64,000 nt of DNA from a virus (taxonomy: Duplodnaviria; Caudoviricetes): IMG/VR virus record IMGVR_UViG_3300032290_001644, positions 1 through 64,000 of that record, one strand, 5' to 3'. This document shows positions 19,561 through 29,132 of the stretch, piece by piece. Position 1 is the first letter of the stretch. Every line of letters begins with the position of its first letter. A program made the translations under genes and the position numbers. The notes beneath the pieces were generated by a model. It searched no databases. It was given only the letters and a program-made list of their open reading frames with translations, and was not told where the DNA came from.

Positions 19561-21822
19561 TTACTTTTTCAAATCAACCTTAGAAATATAGACTTGCTGC
19601 CTATCTTCTTTTGTCGGTGAGTGAGCTTCTTTATCCCAACGATAGGACAAGGTTGTTTCACAAACCGCTTGAATATCTGGCGTCATAATCTCCATCCCCA
19701 GCTTCATGAGAGCAGACAAACGATCAACAGCATCTTTCCCTTGTTGGGTATAATGCTCGGTATCAATATCATCTACGGGTATCTCAATAATGATTTCATC
19801 GTGGATAAAGCACACGATACGAGAGCCAAAGAGCGGGGATAACTTATTAAACATGCACTCTTCAAATACGAGAATTAATGCGTTTTTTGCTCCATCACTT
19901 GCCATGCCTTGGAAGGGGGAATTGCAACCATTCGTATACCCATCACAAAAACGAAAGCGGTTTGATCTGGGGTACTGATACACAGCCTTGAACGCACCTT
20001 CATCCCACGCTAGATTTCTACGATAAATTTCTTCGTCTTTTGGTGCTCTCTCTGCTCTGACCTTGAAATAATCTACCATCTCTGAATAGACTTGTTTCCA
20101 TGCCTTGATTGATTTATCCACCTCATGGAATTTCAAGATATTTGCACCTTTGAAACCATAGCCTTTAGCATACGAGATAAAGCTCTTTACCCCAAGGCCT
20201 CCAGCTAAACCAAAATTCAAAACCTTTGCAAGATTTCGCTTCTCTTTCAGATCTTTGTACAAAGGATGTTTCTTGTCGGCATAGTACTCAATCGCTTGCT
20301 CGTATGTAACACCACAAAATTGAGCGGATACGAACAAGTGAGGATCAAAGTTTGGATCATCCTTATATCGCTTTGCGAGAATGCTATCTCTACCCTCATC
20401 AAGATGGATCTGGCTTAAGGTTCTCATTTCAGCGTTGGAGTAATCGCACAAGCCTAGAATATGACCTTTACTTGCACGAATGACATTACGAACAAAACCA
20501 TTACGAGGGAGATTTTGAAGATTTGGCTCACTAGAGGTAGTACGGCCAGTAGCAGCACCATAGCCATTGAAACGATACCTAAGACGATGATCTTCACTTT
20601 GAAAAGCTTTCGTAAAATTCTTGAGGTATGTGTTTCTTTGCTTTGTGATATCTCGGTACTCATCGATCAGATCAAGCGTTTCAAGAATATCTTTAAAATC
20701 CTCACTGCTTCCCTTATTCATCAAAAAGATCAAATTCTCGGTTGCTTCTTCATCGATAGAGATATCCCCCCCACTGGTAAGCTTACGATCTTTGGTAATT
20801 ACCTTGAGCTTGTCATATATTTGTACAAACAGATCTTGTAGTGGCTTGGGGGGGATTTTGTACCCATCCTTATCCTTGATCATGTACCCCTTACCTACGA
20901 TTTGTTTTGCCAATTCTTGTTGGCGGATTTCAAGGTCTCGATCTGCTGACATATGCATGATCTTATCAAGGTGGATACCCGTATAGACAGATGCAAAAGC
21001 AAGTACAAAGTCTGCATATGTTTGGCGTGGCAAATCCTCTAGGAAATGCATATCTCTAATACTGGCCAATTTACATGACTTACCCCATTGTGTATAGAGA
21101 AGAGCACGAGCAAAAATAGCGTCTTCTTTAGCATATGCTACGGCCACTTCATCCCACTCATCAATTGGTATATCGATCAAGTCTCCAAAGCTGGTTCTGA
21201 TACTCCCTTTTTTCTTAGGTTGATCATCAAAGAGTGTTGGGGTATCTGTAGGCTTCTTACTCTTTTCTTTCTTGTCTGCATTTTTGAGCTTGACTAAATG
21301 ATCGTATTTATCGGTACTCAACAAGCACTTCATACTATCGAGTAAAGATACTTGACTATGCATATGAAGAGATGGAAGGCTTGCGTTCATCATAGATTGA
21401 GCGATAGCGGTACATACGATACGGCCTGCCTTGATAGCTTTGACGATTGGAACGAGAAGAGAAAAGTCTTGCTTGAGTAGTACAAGAAGATCAAATTTTG
21501 CGTTATGGATAGCAATCACACAATCACGACGAGATAGTAGCTCCTTGAATTTCTCGACGGTTGCCTTAGCATCCAAGATCAAGGTCTGATCTAAAATCTC
21601 ATCTGATACCTCAACCAACTTGTTTTTGAATAAACTTTGGATTGGTACATCTGGTAAAGCGAAAGTACCACATACAAGACGGGGAATTTCACCAGTGTGT
21701 GGGATGAGGAAAGTTTCGGTATCAAAGCCAACAATGTGAATTTGATCCATGGTTGGGGGTAATCGCTGAGCGATATCTTGCAGTTGCATATGTACTCCAG
21801 AATGAGGAATGAGATAATTCAT
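19561..21822 (-). CDS. polA: Family A DNA polymerase with 3'-5' exonuclease, no 5' nuclease
   Basis: FDTET, HNAKFD, YAKEDA; TGRTTSSEPNLQN; motif A DYSNAEMR, motif B RNLAKVLNFG, motif C IHDE. Confidence 0.95.
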   Translation of the reverse strand: MNYLIPHSGVHMQLQDIAQRLPPTMDQIHIVGFDTETFLIPHTGEIPRLVCGTFALPDVPIQSLFKNKLVEVSDEILDQTLILDAKATVEKFKELLSRRDCVIAIHNAKFDLLVLLKQDFSLLVPIVKAIKAGRIVCTAIAQSMMNASLPSLHMHSQVSLLDSMKCLLSTDKYDHLVKLKNADKKEKSKKPTDTPTLFDDQPKKKGSIRTSFGDLIDIPIDEWDEVAVAYAKEDAIFARALLYTQWGKSCKLASIRDMHFLEDLPRQTYADFVLAFASVYTGIHLDKIMHMSADRDLEIRQQELAKQIVGKGYMIKDKDGYKIPPKPLQDLFVQIYDKLKVITKDRKLTSGGDISIDEEATENLIFLMNKGSSEDFKDILETLDLIDEYRDITKQRNTYLKNFTKAFQSEDHRLRYRFNGYGAATGRTTSSEPNLQNLPRNGFVRNVIRASKGHILGLCDYSNAEMRTLSQIHLDEGRDSILAKRYKDDPNFDPHLFVSAQFCGVTYEQAIEYYADKKHPLYKDLKEKRNLAKVLNFGLAGGLGVKSFISYAKGYGFKGANILKFHEVDKSIKAWKQVYSEMVDYFKVRAERAPKDEEIYRRNLAWDEGAFKAVYQYPRSNRFRFCDGYTNGCNSPFQGMASDGAKNALILVFEECMFNKLSPLFGSRIVCFIHDEIIIEIPVDDIDTEHYTQQGKDAVDRLSALMKLGMEIMTPDIQAVCETTLSYRWDKEAHSPTKEDRQQVYISKVDLKK

Positions 21823-21856
21823 ATATATGAATTTTTATATTTCGTATCAAGGGAAT
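21816..21856 (-). promoter_or_regulatory. polA promoter overlapped by an 18-bp palindrome
   Basis: Minus-strand TTGATA-N17-TATATA; perfect palindrome AATTCATATATATGAATT at 21816-21833. Confidence 0.6.
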
Positions 21857-21879
21857 TTTAAAAAAAATTTAAGTATGGT

Positions 21880-22620
21880 TTGTGTTATCTAGTAGATCAA
21901 ATGAAAGGATCAAAAATGACAATAGATACTGGATATGTTTTTCTGATAGATCAGCTTGGTACTGATCTTGATATTGTGAACGCTGCAAGAGTCAGTTTCA
22001 ACAAAGAGTCTCATGCACTTACACCAAAAGATGAACGCTTGCTAAAATACTTGTGGCAAAATCAACATACTTCACCATTTAGGATGGTAACTTGCAAATT
22101 CAAGATCAAGGCTCCTATCTTTGTGCTTCGTCAATGGATGAAACATGTTGTCGGATGCACATGGAACGAGGTATCCGCTAGATATACCGAAGTTAAGCAT
22201 GAGTGTTTTACACCAGATACTTGGAGGCTACAGCATGAGACAAGCAAACAATCAAGTTATGGTCAAGTGGATAAACTGATCAGTGATGAGGCTGATAAGA
22301 GACTACTAGAGAGCTATGAAATCGCATATAAAAATTACCGATGGATGCTAGATCATGGTATTTGTAGAGAGCAGGCACGCATGCAACTCCCAGTAGGTAC
22401 ATATAGCGAATGCATCTGGAAAGCTGATCTTCAAGCCGTATTCAATTTCCTTTCGCTTCGTCTAGATCCTCATGCTCAAGAAGAGATTAGAGAGTATGCA
22501 AAAGAGGTTCATAGGCTTGTATCCATTGCATTCCCAGAGGCTACTCGTATGTGGGAATTAGCTTACAAAATAGATCAAGAATTGGCGGATCAAAAGAAGG
22601 CCTTGTGGGACAAAAACTAA
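21880..22620 (+). CDS. thyX: FAD-dependent thymidylate synthase
   Basis: IVNAARVSF, HTSPF, RQWMKHVVGCTWNEVSARY, REQARMQLP, HAQEEIR. Confidence 0.93.
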   Translation: MCYLVDQMKGSKMTIDTGYVFLIDQLGTDLDIVNAARVSFNKESHALTPKDERLLKYLWQNQHTSPFRMVTCKFKIKAPIFVLRQWMKHVVGCTWNEVSARYTEVKHECFTPDTWRLQHETSKQSSYGQVDKLISDEADKRLLESYEIAYKNYRWMLDHGICREQARMQLPVGTYSECIWKADLQAVFNFLSLRLDPHAQEEIREYAKEVHRLVSIAFPEATRMWELAYKIDQELADQKKALWDKN

Positions 22621-22913
22621 ACAATTCGTCTATAGTAGTATCTCATCCTAATCATATAATAATGGTACTGACCTTTACTCCCTGCACCATCCCAAGCTTG
22701 TACGATATGCCAAGGCACGCCAAAGTACTCATACACATGACCGCTATTGAATAAGACTGTTAGCATTTGAGTCATGGGAACATAGAAAAAAGATCTGATA
22801 TTTGATGAGTCAAAATTTGAGAATGTGTATTGCTGGGGGGTAAAAAAATTCAAACTGGTGATTGGTGTACCAACAATTTTTCTTCCCGCCATAGGTGATG
22901 GAGCTTGCTGCAT
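22617..22913 (-). CDS. KTSC-domain protein
   Basis: SSNIRSFFY...LTVLFNSGHVYEYFGVP...SKGQY pattern. Confidence 0.75.
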   Translation of the reverse strand: MQQAPSPMAGRKIVGTPITSLNFFTPQQYTFSNFDSSNIRSFFYVPMTQMLTVLFNSGHVYEYFGVPWHIVQAWDGAGSKGQYHYYMIRMRYYYRRIV

Positions 22914-23120
22914 ATGTATTTCCTTTTTGTACTATGATACACAAATCAAAATGTGAGCTATAAAGAAAAATACCCCATCTTTCGATGAGGTAGGTTTCTT
23001 TTCTCACATCTCGTGCGTTGGAGTACACTAGATTTTCGTAAGAGACTCGTTTTTGCGACTCATCTCTCACTTACAACAAAGCATCAACAAATCCCTTAAG
23101 GAGTCTCTTGATTTTTTTGA

Positions 23121-23180
23121 GGCTGTTGTGGAATCGGACCACTAGGATAGGAAACCTACCCCCACTCCATCAGTGCAACC
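23121..23180 (-). ncRNA. tRNA-like cloverleaf (non-canonical)
   Basis: Stems GGTTG/CAGCC, CACT/AGTG (loop GATGG), GGGTA/TATCC (loop GGTTTCC) and GTGG/CCAC (loop TCCGATT); flanked by 11-bp direct repeats. Confidence 0.4.
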
Positions 23181-23191
23181 GACTCTTGATT

Positions 23192-23737
23192 TTACTTTAG
23201 ATCGGCCAATCGTTTAGCTTGATCTTGCTTGTCAGCTGGTACAGCGATAAAGTTTAGCACAGTAAACGGTGTCCCAGCCTTGGTTGTGATTTCTTTGGCA
23301 ACGATTTCAATCTTGAGACCGCTTAGAAATGATCTACCAGTGTCTGGATTTTGTGCCAGAGCTTTCGCTATGATTTCTTTTGTAACACCTTTCTCACTTA
23401 AATTCAAGGCTCTTTGAATAAAATTTTTAATATTTGCAGGTGCAAGGTCAGAATCAAGCATTTGCATCCAAGACGCTTCGCTTCCAGTACCTAAATCTGC
23501 AACATCACTATCCAGAACGGTTGTCTCAAGAACAATGAAAGGTCTTCTTTTACGAGTTTCTGCTCGCTTGAAATCAATGATCTGTACAAGGTAATGACCT
23601 GGCACAAAATATTCGCTTTGGCGAGTAGGTTTTGCTCCTACAACTTCATCTAAAAAAGGATCTGATGAGAACATGTCTTCACTTTGACTTTGCTTTGCCA
23701 TAATAAAACTCCGGTTTTGTTGGCTTGTTATGATCAA
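23192..23737 (-). CDS. Putative single-stranded DNA-binding protein
   Basis: Replication-module position; OB-like pattern (PGHYLVQIIDFK...LKIEIVAKEITTKAGTPFT). Confidence 0.5.
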   Translation of the reverse strand: MIITSQQNRSFIMAKQSQSEDMFSSDPFLDEVVGAKPTRQSEYFVPGHYLVQIIDFKRAETRKRRPFIVLETTVLDSDVADLGTGSEASWMQMLDSDLAPANIKNFIQRALNLSEKGVTKEIIAKALAQNPDTGRSFLSGLKIEIVAKEITTKAGTPFTVLNFIAVPADKQDQAKRLADLK

Positions 23738-23762
23738 AGTATAGCAGAAGATTTATATCAGA

Positions 23763-26700
23763 TCAATGTTTTTTAAACTTTTTCCGTAGGTTTTGCTCTA
23801 CTTCTGGATCAAGATTATTCTCATCAAGATCATCTAGTGGTGAGACAAAGATCGGCTTACTCGTTTTTGTCGTTGGTGGTGCATTCACTACTTGAGGCTT
23901 GGGGTATATACTGACTTCTTGAGGCTTGGGGTATGTACTGACTTCTTGCTTGCTCGGTACGATTTCCCAGACAAAATCTTCATCATCATCCTCATCTTCT
24001 TCTAGCTCTGGGGTATAGCTTGGTGCTGCTACCTTACTCACAATCACAATCTCTTGTGCTGGAATTTCAGATACTTTTTCTTCTAGTCTCACAACCTCCG
24101 TCTCTTTTTTCTTCAAAGCGTTCTCAAGCTCTTTGATTTTCTTCTCTAGATCAGAGATTGTTTGTTGTTGCTCCCTCATTGTTCTCATGGTCTTGTTTTC
24201 ATCTTCATCTTCTCTGATACCAGCATATGGATTACAATTAAGCAGATTTCTAGAGTCTAGACGATCAACAAAACGCCAAACGGTTGCTCCTCTCTTTTCT
24301 ACTCTAACAAGAGGGAAATCGAGGCTTGCCATCGCATCAGTCACTTGGTTTTGGTGCTTGATAAAGCCAATTGTCTCTTTCACGCCAGCTTCAATATCAT
24401 GGAATTTGTATGCAATCTTATCTTCCGTCTGATTTCTAAAGTATGTGATAAGTGCTTCTCGCATGCGTTCGCTACCCATCTCATATCTCTTATTGAAAGC
24501 TGCAACCTTAGCTTTTTCTTCTTGTGAGAGTCTTGGCATCTCACATGGAATTTCTTGATCGGTTGGTTGACCGGTGAGTATATCTTTGGCAGATCGAACG
24601 GCAACCAAATCTTGGGATGTGCCAGCTTCCAGCTCGCCGTTGATTGCACGAGCATAAGCTTCGCCAAAGGCAAGATCTAATAGGCTAGCCATCAGGTCCC
24701 TGTCTATAAAACCTTCATTCCCCTTGAGCCAATTGATAGGCTTTCTCTTACCATCTAGAGGGATAGCATAATAGCCATCAGTACCGACATAATCAAGATC
24801 AAGGATTAGAAAGCGTCGTTGGTCTCCATCACCTTCATGCAAGAAGTATCGATCATTCGTGGTTGAGATGATGAAATGCGTGAAATTGAGACTTCTATTA
24901 AATCGTTCGTATGCTGAGCGACCTTCAACGGATTTCTCAGAGATAGCATTCTTCAGCTGATTTGCACTCGATTTTTTGACTTGATCAGATCCAAATTCTT
25001 CTAACTGATAAATGAGCTTACCTTCATAGCTCAAAATCTTATCCCCTGACTTATTGTCATCTTGACGAGTACTTAGGATAAAACGGCTATCCATCTCCCC
25101 AGCAGTGGCAGTCTCTACGCCAAACAGATCGAGTAGAGACCTAATCAAGGTTTCAGAGAATGTACTCTTACCCGTACCTTGAGATTTACCGGTGATACAA
25201 AACATCATTTCAAGCTTTGTTGGATCCGCAAAAGAATACGCACGACTGGTCATACCGATCAAGAGCTTACGGCCAACCATAGATAAATGATCATAGTATG
25301 CTGGATTGATTGATTTACTGACTTGAAGTGTGTCTGGCAACCATGAATTGAGCATAGAAGGTCTACCAGCCTTGATCCACTTGTCATAGTGTCCTAAAAA
25401 TTTGTCGTGGACCAAATTGAATTTCAGATCCATATCGGGATTTGTAGAGAAACAAGCCTTGATATTCTCAATGATGAGCTGGCGTGCATATTCTACGCCG
25501 TAAACTTGTTTGATATGAGCTTGAAGAACGATGAAATCCTCATCTTGCAATTGTCGAGCCTTCATCTTGCAAAAAGGCTTATTCTTGATCGTTGTCTTGA
25601 CCTGCTCTGCAATTGGCTTATCAAGCTGGATACAAGAAGAAGGGGAGTTAGAGCTTGTCTTCACTAGGTGATGCACTACCATATGACCACGCAAAATATC
25701 AAGCTTGTAGATCGAGGTGATAAGAGGATCTTTTTGTAGGATGATGCGTAGATTTGTTTCGCTTTTCTCTACCTTACCGCTCTTTGGATCCAGATCAAGC
25801 TGTAGAGCAGATGCAACCGCTTTTGCCTTGAGCTTTGCACCAATCTTTTGACTAGGTAGAACAAATAGAGAAATCTCACTACCTTTCTCACTCTTTGGCT
25901 TTGTTGGATGCACGAGATTGATCAGTAGTGCATCATCTTCAGCCTTACTCACAAAGGCACCGCCAATGCTTTCATAAGGTTTTGATATCTCTGGTGATAC
26001 GAAATCAAGACATGCTTGGATTTTGTCTCGTGTCCCATATTCCCCTAAATATCTGCTCCAGTTATTTGCCAGCTCTTGCACGGTGATTGTTTCGTGCTTC
26101 ACTTGTGCTTTCTTGCCACTAGTACCAATGGAAATGATTTCAGTACCATCTAGATAACGATAAGACTTTTTGCCATCGATAACCTGCTCCATCAAATCCT
26201 TGAGCTTAGCTTTTTCTTCCTTAATAGATGGTTGAGGAATAGTAGGTGTGATAGGGGAAGTGCTTAAGCTAGAAGTTTGGAAAGGTCTCATTAACCAAGG
26301 ATTATTGATATCTTTGGTGTGCCACATACCAATTTCTCTACACTTTCGTGCACCAATATCTAAAACTTGTTCATCATACCCCCTTGCTTCTTTAAACTTT
26401 TTCTTTTCAAAGAGTTTTACCCACCATGATCTGATACAATTGCTTTCTTCACCATCAAAATATTCCACTTGTAAATCATTGATGGATGAGATACCTGCTG
26501 CTGTACAAAACTCTTTTTGCTTTGTCTCTGGTAGCTCTAGAAGATATTGTATCCCAGCAGAGGACCAACCGGATACAAGACTAAGATGGTAGTGAAAATG
26601 AAAGCCATTCTTTGAAAGCAAGCAAGCATTTGGAGCTTGATTAAACTCGGGTACTGTTCGTAAAAAGCTAATCTCCCCCTCGATATAATTTGCAAGCTCT

Positions 26701-27140
26701 TGTGATACATACCCATTGGCCAATTGTTGGTGATACCATGCTCTTTTTTGATCCTTGAAATCAATATCGATAAAGATGGTCAGTACCTTATAACAAGATG
26801 AGCCTGCGAGACCTAAACGATTTGGCGAATTAGGTGCAGCATTGATACGAGCAATAGGGAAAGCACCAGTGGTAACGAGTAAATTTTTTTCACTACCATT
26901 ATGTGTAAGTGCTAGACCTGCACCAATACCGACATTCTTTAGAGCCGTTAAAACATCAAGATTGTAGATACTCTCTGCACCTACCTTGTAATTGGCGGTT
27001 TCATAGTCATAGATGGATTGACTCTTTCGAATGCCTCCCCCTACGCCAAGTTGGTACTTAAATGCATCAAGACTTTTAGCGATTTCATCTTGTGTTAAAT
27101 GATTAAGCGGTTTACGATTGGTTGTCATAGTGTACTCCAA
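23763..27140 (-). CDS. Primase-helicase (AEP-like N-terminus, VirE-type P-loop ATPase)
   Basis: FIDIDF and SKNGFHFHY primase motifs; GKSQGTGKST, YQLEEF, STTND, GDQRRF. Confidence 0.8.
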   Translation of the reverse strand: MEYTMTTNRKPLNHLTQDEIAKSLDAFKYQLGVGGGIRKSQSIYDYETANYKVGAESIYNLDVLTALKNVGIGAGLALTHNGSEKNLLVTTGAFPIARINAAPNSPNRLGLAGSSCYKVLTIFIDIDFKDQKRAWYHQQLANGYVSQELANYIEGEISFLRTVPEFNQAPNACLLSKNGFHFHYHLSLVSGWSSAGIQYLLELPETKQKEFCTAAGISSINDLQVEYFDGEESNCIRSWWVKLFEKKKFKEARGYDEQVLDIGARKCREIGMWHTKDINNPWLMRPFQTSSLSTSPITPTIPQPSIKEEKAKLKDLMEQVIDGKKSYRYLDGTEIISIGTSGKKAQVKHETITVQELANNWSRYLGEYGTRDKIQACLDFVSPEISKPYESIGGAFVSKAEDDALLINLVHPTKPKSEKGSEISLFVLPSQKIGAKLKAKAVASALQLDLDPKSGKVEKSETNLRIILQKDPLITSIYKLDILRGHMVVHHLVKTSSNSPSSCIQLDKPIAEQVKTTIKNKPFCKMKARQLQDEDFIVLQAHIKQVYGVEYARQLIIENIKACFSTNPDMDLKFNLVHDKFLGHYDKWIKAGRPSMLNSWLPDTLQVSKSINPAYYDHLSMVGRKLLIGMTSRAYSFADPTKLEMMFCITGKSQGTGKSTFSETLIRSLLDLFGVETATAGEMDSRFILSTRQDDNKSGDKILSYEGKLIYQLEEFGSDQVKKSSANQLKNAISEKSVEGRSAYERFNRSLNFTHFIISTTNDRYFLHEGDGDQRRFLILDLDYVGTDGYYAIPLDGKRKPINWLKGNEGFIDRDLMASLLDLAFGEAYARAINGELEAGTSQDLVAVRSAKDILTGQPTDQEIPCEMPRLSQEEKAKVAAFNKRYEMGSERMREALITYFRNQTEDKIAYKFHDIEAGVKETIGFIKHQNQVTDAMASLDFPLVRVEKRGATVWRFVDRLDSRNLLNCNPYAGIREDEDENKTMRTMREQQQTISDLEKKIKELENALKKKETEVVRLEEKVSEIPAQEIVIVSKVAAPSYTPELEEDEDDDEDFVWEIVPSKQEVSTYPKPQEVSIYPKPQVVNAPPTTKTSKPIFVSPLDDLDENNLDPEVEQNLRKKFKKH
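23890..23952. repeat. 27-bp tandem duplication in the primase tail
   Basis: Encodes QEVSTYPKP QEVSIYPKP. Confidence 0.8.
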
Positions 27141-27290
27141 AAAGATAAATTGATTGATTGACGCCGAGTTGTGAGAAAGGCTTGTATTGTGTATAAATTT
27201 TTATATAAAATTTTGCAAATAAAAAATATAAAATAAATTTTAAGTGTGTGAATATGAGTCATTTTTTCCATACCTATCGTGAAAATAAAC

Positions 27291-27566
27291 TTATTCGTCA
27301 GAGGTAGGAATAGGAGGTAAGCTACCTTCTTCAAGCAGTGTTTTTAGTTGCTTCATCACAGCCAAAGGCTTGAGCCAGTCTTCTTGGATACCTTCAATGA
27401 TAATTTTCTTGTACTCATCCCCTTGGCGTGCAAGCGTGTATAAATCACTTGCAAGCAAATTCAATGAGAAGAGTTTTTCAAAGGTTGGCTCTTTTGCAAT
27501 TTCGCCAATGTTTTTCAGTATTTGGTTGATTGCATCTAGTATCTGATCATGTAAAGTAGTAGTCAT
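27291..27566 (-). CDS. Hypothetical protein
   Basis: ORF with helical character. Confidence 0.4.
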   Translation of the reverse strand: MTTTLHDQILDAINQILKNIGEIAKEPTFEKLFSLNLLASDLYTLARQGDEYKKIIIEGIQEDWLKPLAVMKQLKTLLEEGSLPPIPTSDE

Positions 27567-27614
27567 AGTATCCTCAAGTGTAAAATTTCAACATGGATAC
27601 CATAAAATTAAAGA

Positions 27615-27815
27615 TCATCTTTGCTTAAAATATCCATCCCTAAACCAACCTCCCCCTTTTAGAGCAAATTGAGGTGCAGATAACACCTTCACCAGCTCAC
27701 CATCACAACCGTTTTTATTGATACTATCGCAAGAAGGTGGAATTTGATCATCCATGCTCATTCTCTTAGTAGTTTGTGCCTGACATTTTTTACACTGCAA
27801 TGAATAAATTGCCAT
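27615..27815 (-). CDS. FmdB-family zinc-ribbon protein
   Basis: MAIYSLQCKKC...C...C...SAPQFALKGGGWFRDGY. Confidence 0.8.
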   Translation of the reverse strand: MAIYSLQCKKCQAQTTKRMSMDDQIPPSCDSINKNGCDGELVKVLSAPQFALKGGGWFRDGYFKQR

Positions 27816-27822
27816 AACTAAA

Positions 27823-28785
27823 TTATCCTTTCGATTTTATCGCTTGTTTTAATTGCTTGATCAGTTTTGGTAGCGTGCTATATGCACTTGTAGGTATACC
27901 TTGAGGGTATATTGCCAAAAGAAGATGATCAATTTTTTGTTCAGATACGATATCTTCACCTTTACCGATCAATACTTGTTTAGGTGGTTCTTTTTTGGCA
28001 AGTGTAAAGACTTTTTTGGGTACATCTCTTTGTGGTTTGTACTCCCGATCATTTGAAGTAGGTTTTTTATCATCCGCAGCAACCTTCATGACCTGAACAA
28101 CAACGCCTTTCTCATTCTGTTTGTCCCAAGCCATTCTTGCTCGTTCCGTACTCACTTCTGCCTCACGCACTTGACCAATCCGTGCTATCATATATCCTCT
28201 GATCTTGCTATACTCTGGATGTTCTAGTACCGCTTTGATCCATGCTTGCTTTGACTCAAACCGCTCATGTTGGAAATCTGGATCATTTTTCAGTACCTCA
28301 TGAAGATCTTGCATCTGCTCAATCACTTCAGTTTGTTTTTGGCTCAATGCTGGATCTGTTGTGATTGCATAGCTAATCGTTCTACGATGACAACCAACGA
28401 TAAAGGCAAGCTCTTTTTCGGAATATCGATTGAGTGCACCATTAGCGATAGCATCTTTTATGATACCAGTCTTGCTCTCATAACTGGATAAAGGGATTGA
28501 CAAATAGGATAAAAATTCCTCTGGTGGTGTCAAAGCTAGGATTGAATTTTTTAATTGCCTCATAACTGGCTCCTTGTACTCTGGTTTTGCATAATCGATA
28601 AAGTAAAGCTCAAGATCTTCAAGAGAGAAATATTTGCCATAAAGATATTGTGCACGATGCAAAGTTTTAATTCTGCCACTCTTCAGATCCTTACAAAGGT
28701 GTTCTAACTTTTGGCCTTTCTCTTCTTCTTGGTGGCGGAAGATCATATTTTCTAGAGCTAGTGCATGCTCATCGTACTCACTCAT
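27823..28785 (-). CDS. Hypothetical protein with HTH-like segments
   Basis: YSEKELAFIVGCHRRTISYA; N-terminal DEHALALENMI resembles the leader helix of the HTH-array family. Confidence 0.5.
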   Translation of the reverse strand: MSEYDEHALALENMIFRHQEEEKGQKLEHLCKDLKSGRIKTLHRAQYLYGKYFSLEDLELYFIDYAKPEYKEPVMRQLKNSILALTPPEEFLSYLSIPLSSYESKTGIIKDAIANGALNRYSEKELAFIVGCHRRTISYAITTDPALSQKQTEVIEQMQDLHEVLKNDPDFQHERFESKQAWIKAVLEHPEYSKIRGYMIARIGQVREAEVSTERARMAWDKQNEKGVVVQVMKVAADDKKPTSNDREYKPQRDVPKKVFTLAKKEPPKQVLIGKGEDIVSEQKIDHLLLAIYPQGIPTSAYSTLPKLIKQLKQAIKSKG

Positions 28786-29093
28786 TTTTGTTTTGCTCGC
28801 TGATCAAAAATCCGTTTTAGTACTGGCCTACAAATCACATGTGGTGAGGTTCGAGCGTCGAGTAAGATTAGTGTATTTAGCGTAAGATCGAGGCAATCTT
28901 CGAGTAGTGGGTGAACGGCTCTCTTATGATGAGCAAAGGACAGCATAAGCATTTGTAATGCTCCAAGGTCCATCAGCTGATCATAGACTAAACAAACATC
29001 ACCAATAAAGTCTTGTGGCTCATCTTTGGGGGTAAGTGCGAGTGCAACCTTTTGGAACAATTCCCCGCTTGAGATATCTTGAAGTGTGAACAT
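28782..29093 (-). CDS. Hypothetical protein
   Basis: Coupled ORF. Confidence 0.35.
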   Translation of the reverse strand: MFTLQDISSGELFQKVALALTPKDEPQDFIGDVCLVYDQLMDLGALQMLMLSFAHHKRAVHPLLEDCLDLTLNTLILLDARTSPHVICRPVLKRIFDQRAKQK

Positions 29094-29132
29094 ATTTTGA
29101 TCCTTTCAGACCATAAACACGCTCATGAAATT

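Noticed and set aside
21880-22620. ThyX motif reads KHVVG instead of RHR
   Set aside because: All other catalytic motifs are intact and I recall this variant in other viral ThyX proteins; not treated as novel.
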